64,000 nt of DNA from Octopus vulgaris (taxonomy: Eukaryota): the NCBI GenBank assembly GCA_951406725.2, contig OX597824.1, positions 85,746,001 through 85,810,000 on the forward strand, given 5' to 3'. Positions 61,718 to 64,000 of this stretch are shown here, one piece after another. The number at the start of each line of letters is the position of its first letter. Position 1 is the stretch's first letter. The position numbers and the translations under genes are program-made. The notes beneath the pieces are model-generated. The model was not told where the DNA came from. It searched no databases and saw only the letters and a program-made list of their open reading frames with translations.

Positions 61718-64000
61718 ATATAAAATATACATGTGTGTGTATATATACACACACACACACATATAGATATAAGTATATGCATGTCTGCTGTGTATGTGCA
61801 TGCTATATCTGCCATAAAGTATCCATGTTTTACTTGACAAAATTTTAATCTAGATCCAATGACCTAATCTCCATAATGACCATCCCTCCTACATCTGCCC
61901 CCATTCATTGATTCACCATATTTCACCTCATCCCCTATTCCTCTTCACCTACTGTGTCTTATATTCTGGACTATGACCCAACAATGTGGCCTCTACATGG
62001 TTGCTTGATCTGCTAGAAACACCAGCTAAGTCTCCCTCCAAACTACACCACTCTCTTACTGAAAAAAAAAGGACACGTTGGATAATGTAGTCCAGAGTAT
62101 TTCTATTGCTGAAAGAGAAAAGGGAGAGGTGTTATGGTCATTCTTGGAATACCTGTGAACATAGATCTGCTTGACCAAGTCTGACCTTGGTTAAACAACA
62201 ACAATACCACAAGGAACCATGTTAGTTAATTCCATCTTCCTTTGCTCCATTCCTGGCCGTATTTTATCCCCAGTTAGTAACCTGTCTGCAACGGTTATTT
62301 CACTCACCCCTATCCAGTCATCCCACCCTCTCTTTCACACACACCATCATTCGCAGACACTCACAAAATCCAGATCTTTTTTCTGCTGATTTGTTACATT
62401 TTCATTTTCTGGTTACCTAGTCAGCTGATCATATGCACCAAATTTAGAAGATATCTTTCTGTGGTTTAACCTAGGGTCACTTTTAAGGTGGGACCCATTA
62501 CTAACTGTGCCAGTTGGATGTCAGAGGGTCAAAGCTACGCCAATGGTGGGCAGCCACCAATTGCTCAGTAAACTGTCAGACTAATACCACCAAAACACTA
62601 AATGGTTTATATCCTACAGCTGTTCAATGTTTATAGTTACAACTAAATTTGCTCAGTCCATCTAGCTGTAAAATGGTACCATGGCATTAATACAGCACCC
62701 AAAAATCAATATTTTACATATTAAACTTCTCCCTCCATTTATTCTTCCTTTAAGCCAATTTCCTTAAGTTGACTGGCATCTCATATCTCATTCACTTAAT
62801 CTGTAGAATTATTCTGGTAGATCTAAGACTTCATTTTTATCTCAAAACTAGCAGTATAATCCGGGATTGAGTTAGGATTAAGCTAATCAAGTTCTTTATT
62901 TCAAACCAAACTAAGTAACGTCGACGTCAAATTTGGGCGAAATCCGTTGAATTTGGTAAACATTTGGCTGAAAATGAGTCGCAGATAACTTGATTGGGTA
63001 ATCCCATAAGGAATTGGTTTATCGATTTTTCCTACTCATCGATTATTTATTTTTTTTTTTCGTTTTTGGAGAACTTAGAGCATTCAAAGATCCCATGAGT
63101 CCTAAGTAATGCTGGCATCAAGTTTGAACAAAATACATCAAAATTGGTATAAGTTATGGTTGAAAATGGGGTGTAGCCAATTTTATTAGGAAATCCTACA
63201 CGGAATCGGTTTATCGATTTTTTTTTTTTATCCTGATTAAATGGAAAACCCCATAAGGAATCAGTTTATTGATTTTTCACCCCAAATAGGACCTAACCAA
63301 ACACAATATTACTGATTCAAAAGCATTTATATTTATACTTTAAAGTTGGTTTTCACACCCAACCCAGTTCTGCAGAATCAGTGTTGTGACGGGAGCGCAT
63401 GGGTTGGGAGTTTGATTGGCAGAGGTGATCAGGTTGCACATGCCAGCCCTTTGAAAACACCACCCCCATCATCTAACTCCCATTTGCCCATGGGTTGGGA
63501 ACCCTTCCAGCAAGGAAAATAGAATGCCCAAAAGGGCTCCTGATCCTCTGTCAGAAGCGGTTATGTTCAGATCACAACTAAGTCTTTATATATATACATA
63601 TATGGGCAACACACTCATACACACACACACGTACGTATGTACACCTATTGCATACATGTTTTTCGTATGCATACATGTTCGTGTGTGTGTGTGTGTTGCC
63701 CATATATCAACAAAGCACTTTTTTCTTCGATGGAAAAAAAAGACAACAAAACTCTTAAAAACTTACTCGTCACTAGAAGGGGACTTAACTCCTGTTTGCA
63801 AACAATGGTGATTTCTCCGACTTGAAAATTGTTAAAAGTTTTGATTGAAAATTTATTTTTACTGCTATTCGCTGGTGCCTCTGGGAAAAATAAGTTGACG
63901 AAAATACAGCTAGGGTCATCTAAGACTTCATTTTTATCTCAAAATGTTACAAGCCTTCATTGCTTGTTTCTTTAAAAAAAAAATAAAGTTTTGTGTCTGA

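Overview
Repeat-rich, AT-rich eukaryotic DNA. The SINE, MITE and microsatellite content points to an octopod cephalopod, most likely Octopus (recognised from memory, not searched). Almost all ORF-track entries are microsatellite or repeat artefacts. Two spliced + strand genes can be assembled by hand. (1) A complete 10-exon NHLRC2 orthologue (39465-59251, 721 aa; thioredoxin-like domain plus NHL beta-propeller). (2) An unrecognised 5-coding-exon gene (22343-30162) for a 167-aa signal-peptide protein, whose predicted four-helix core follows the HPt-domain sequence pattern but lacks the phospho-His. Gene 2 is bracketed by two sense-strand type I hammerhead ribozyme motifs. One (21369-21439) lies just before a splice donor; the other (30371-30465) lies in the presumed 3' UTR and contains the first AATAAA. 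A third, decayed motif sits in an intron. All look Penelope-like-element derived. A CpG-rich block at about 5.9-8.9 kb with minus-strand splice donors probably marks the 5' end of a gene running off the left edge. The rest is tRNA-derived SINEs (one family forms head-to-tail multimers), piggyBac-, hAT-, Mutator- and Tc1-type MITEs, two mariner relics, non-autonomous Helitrons, LINE fragments, long fold-back palindromes and microsatellites.
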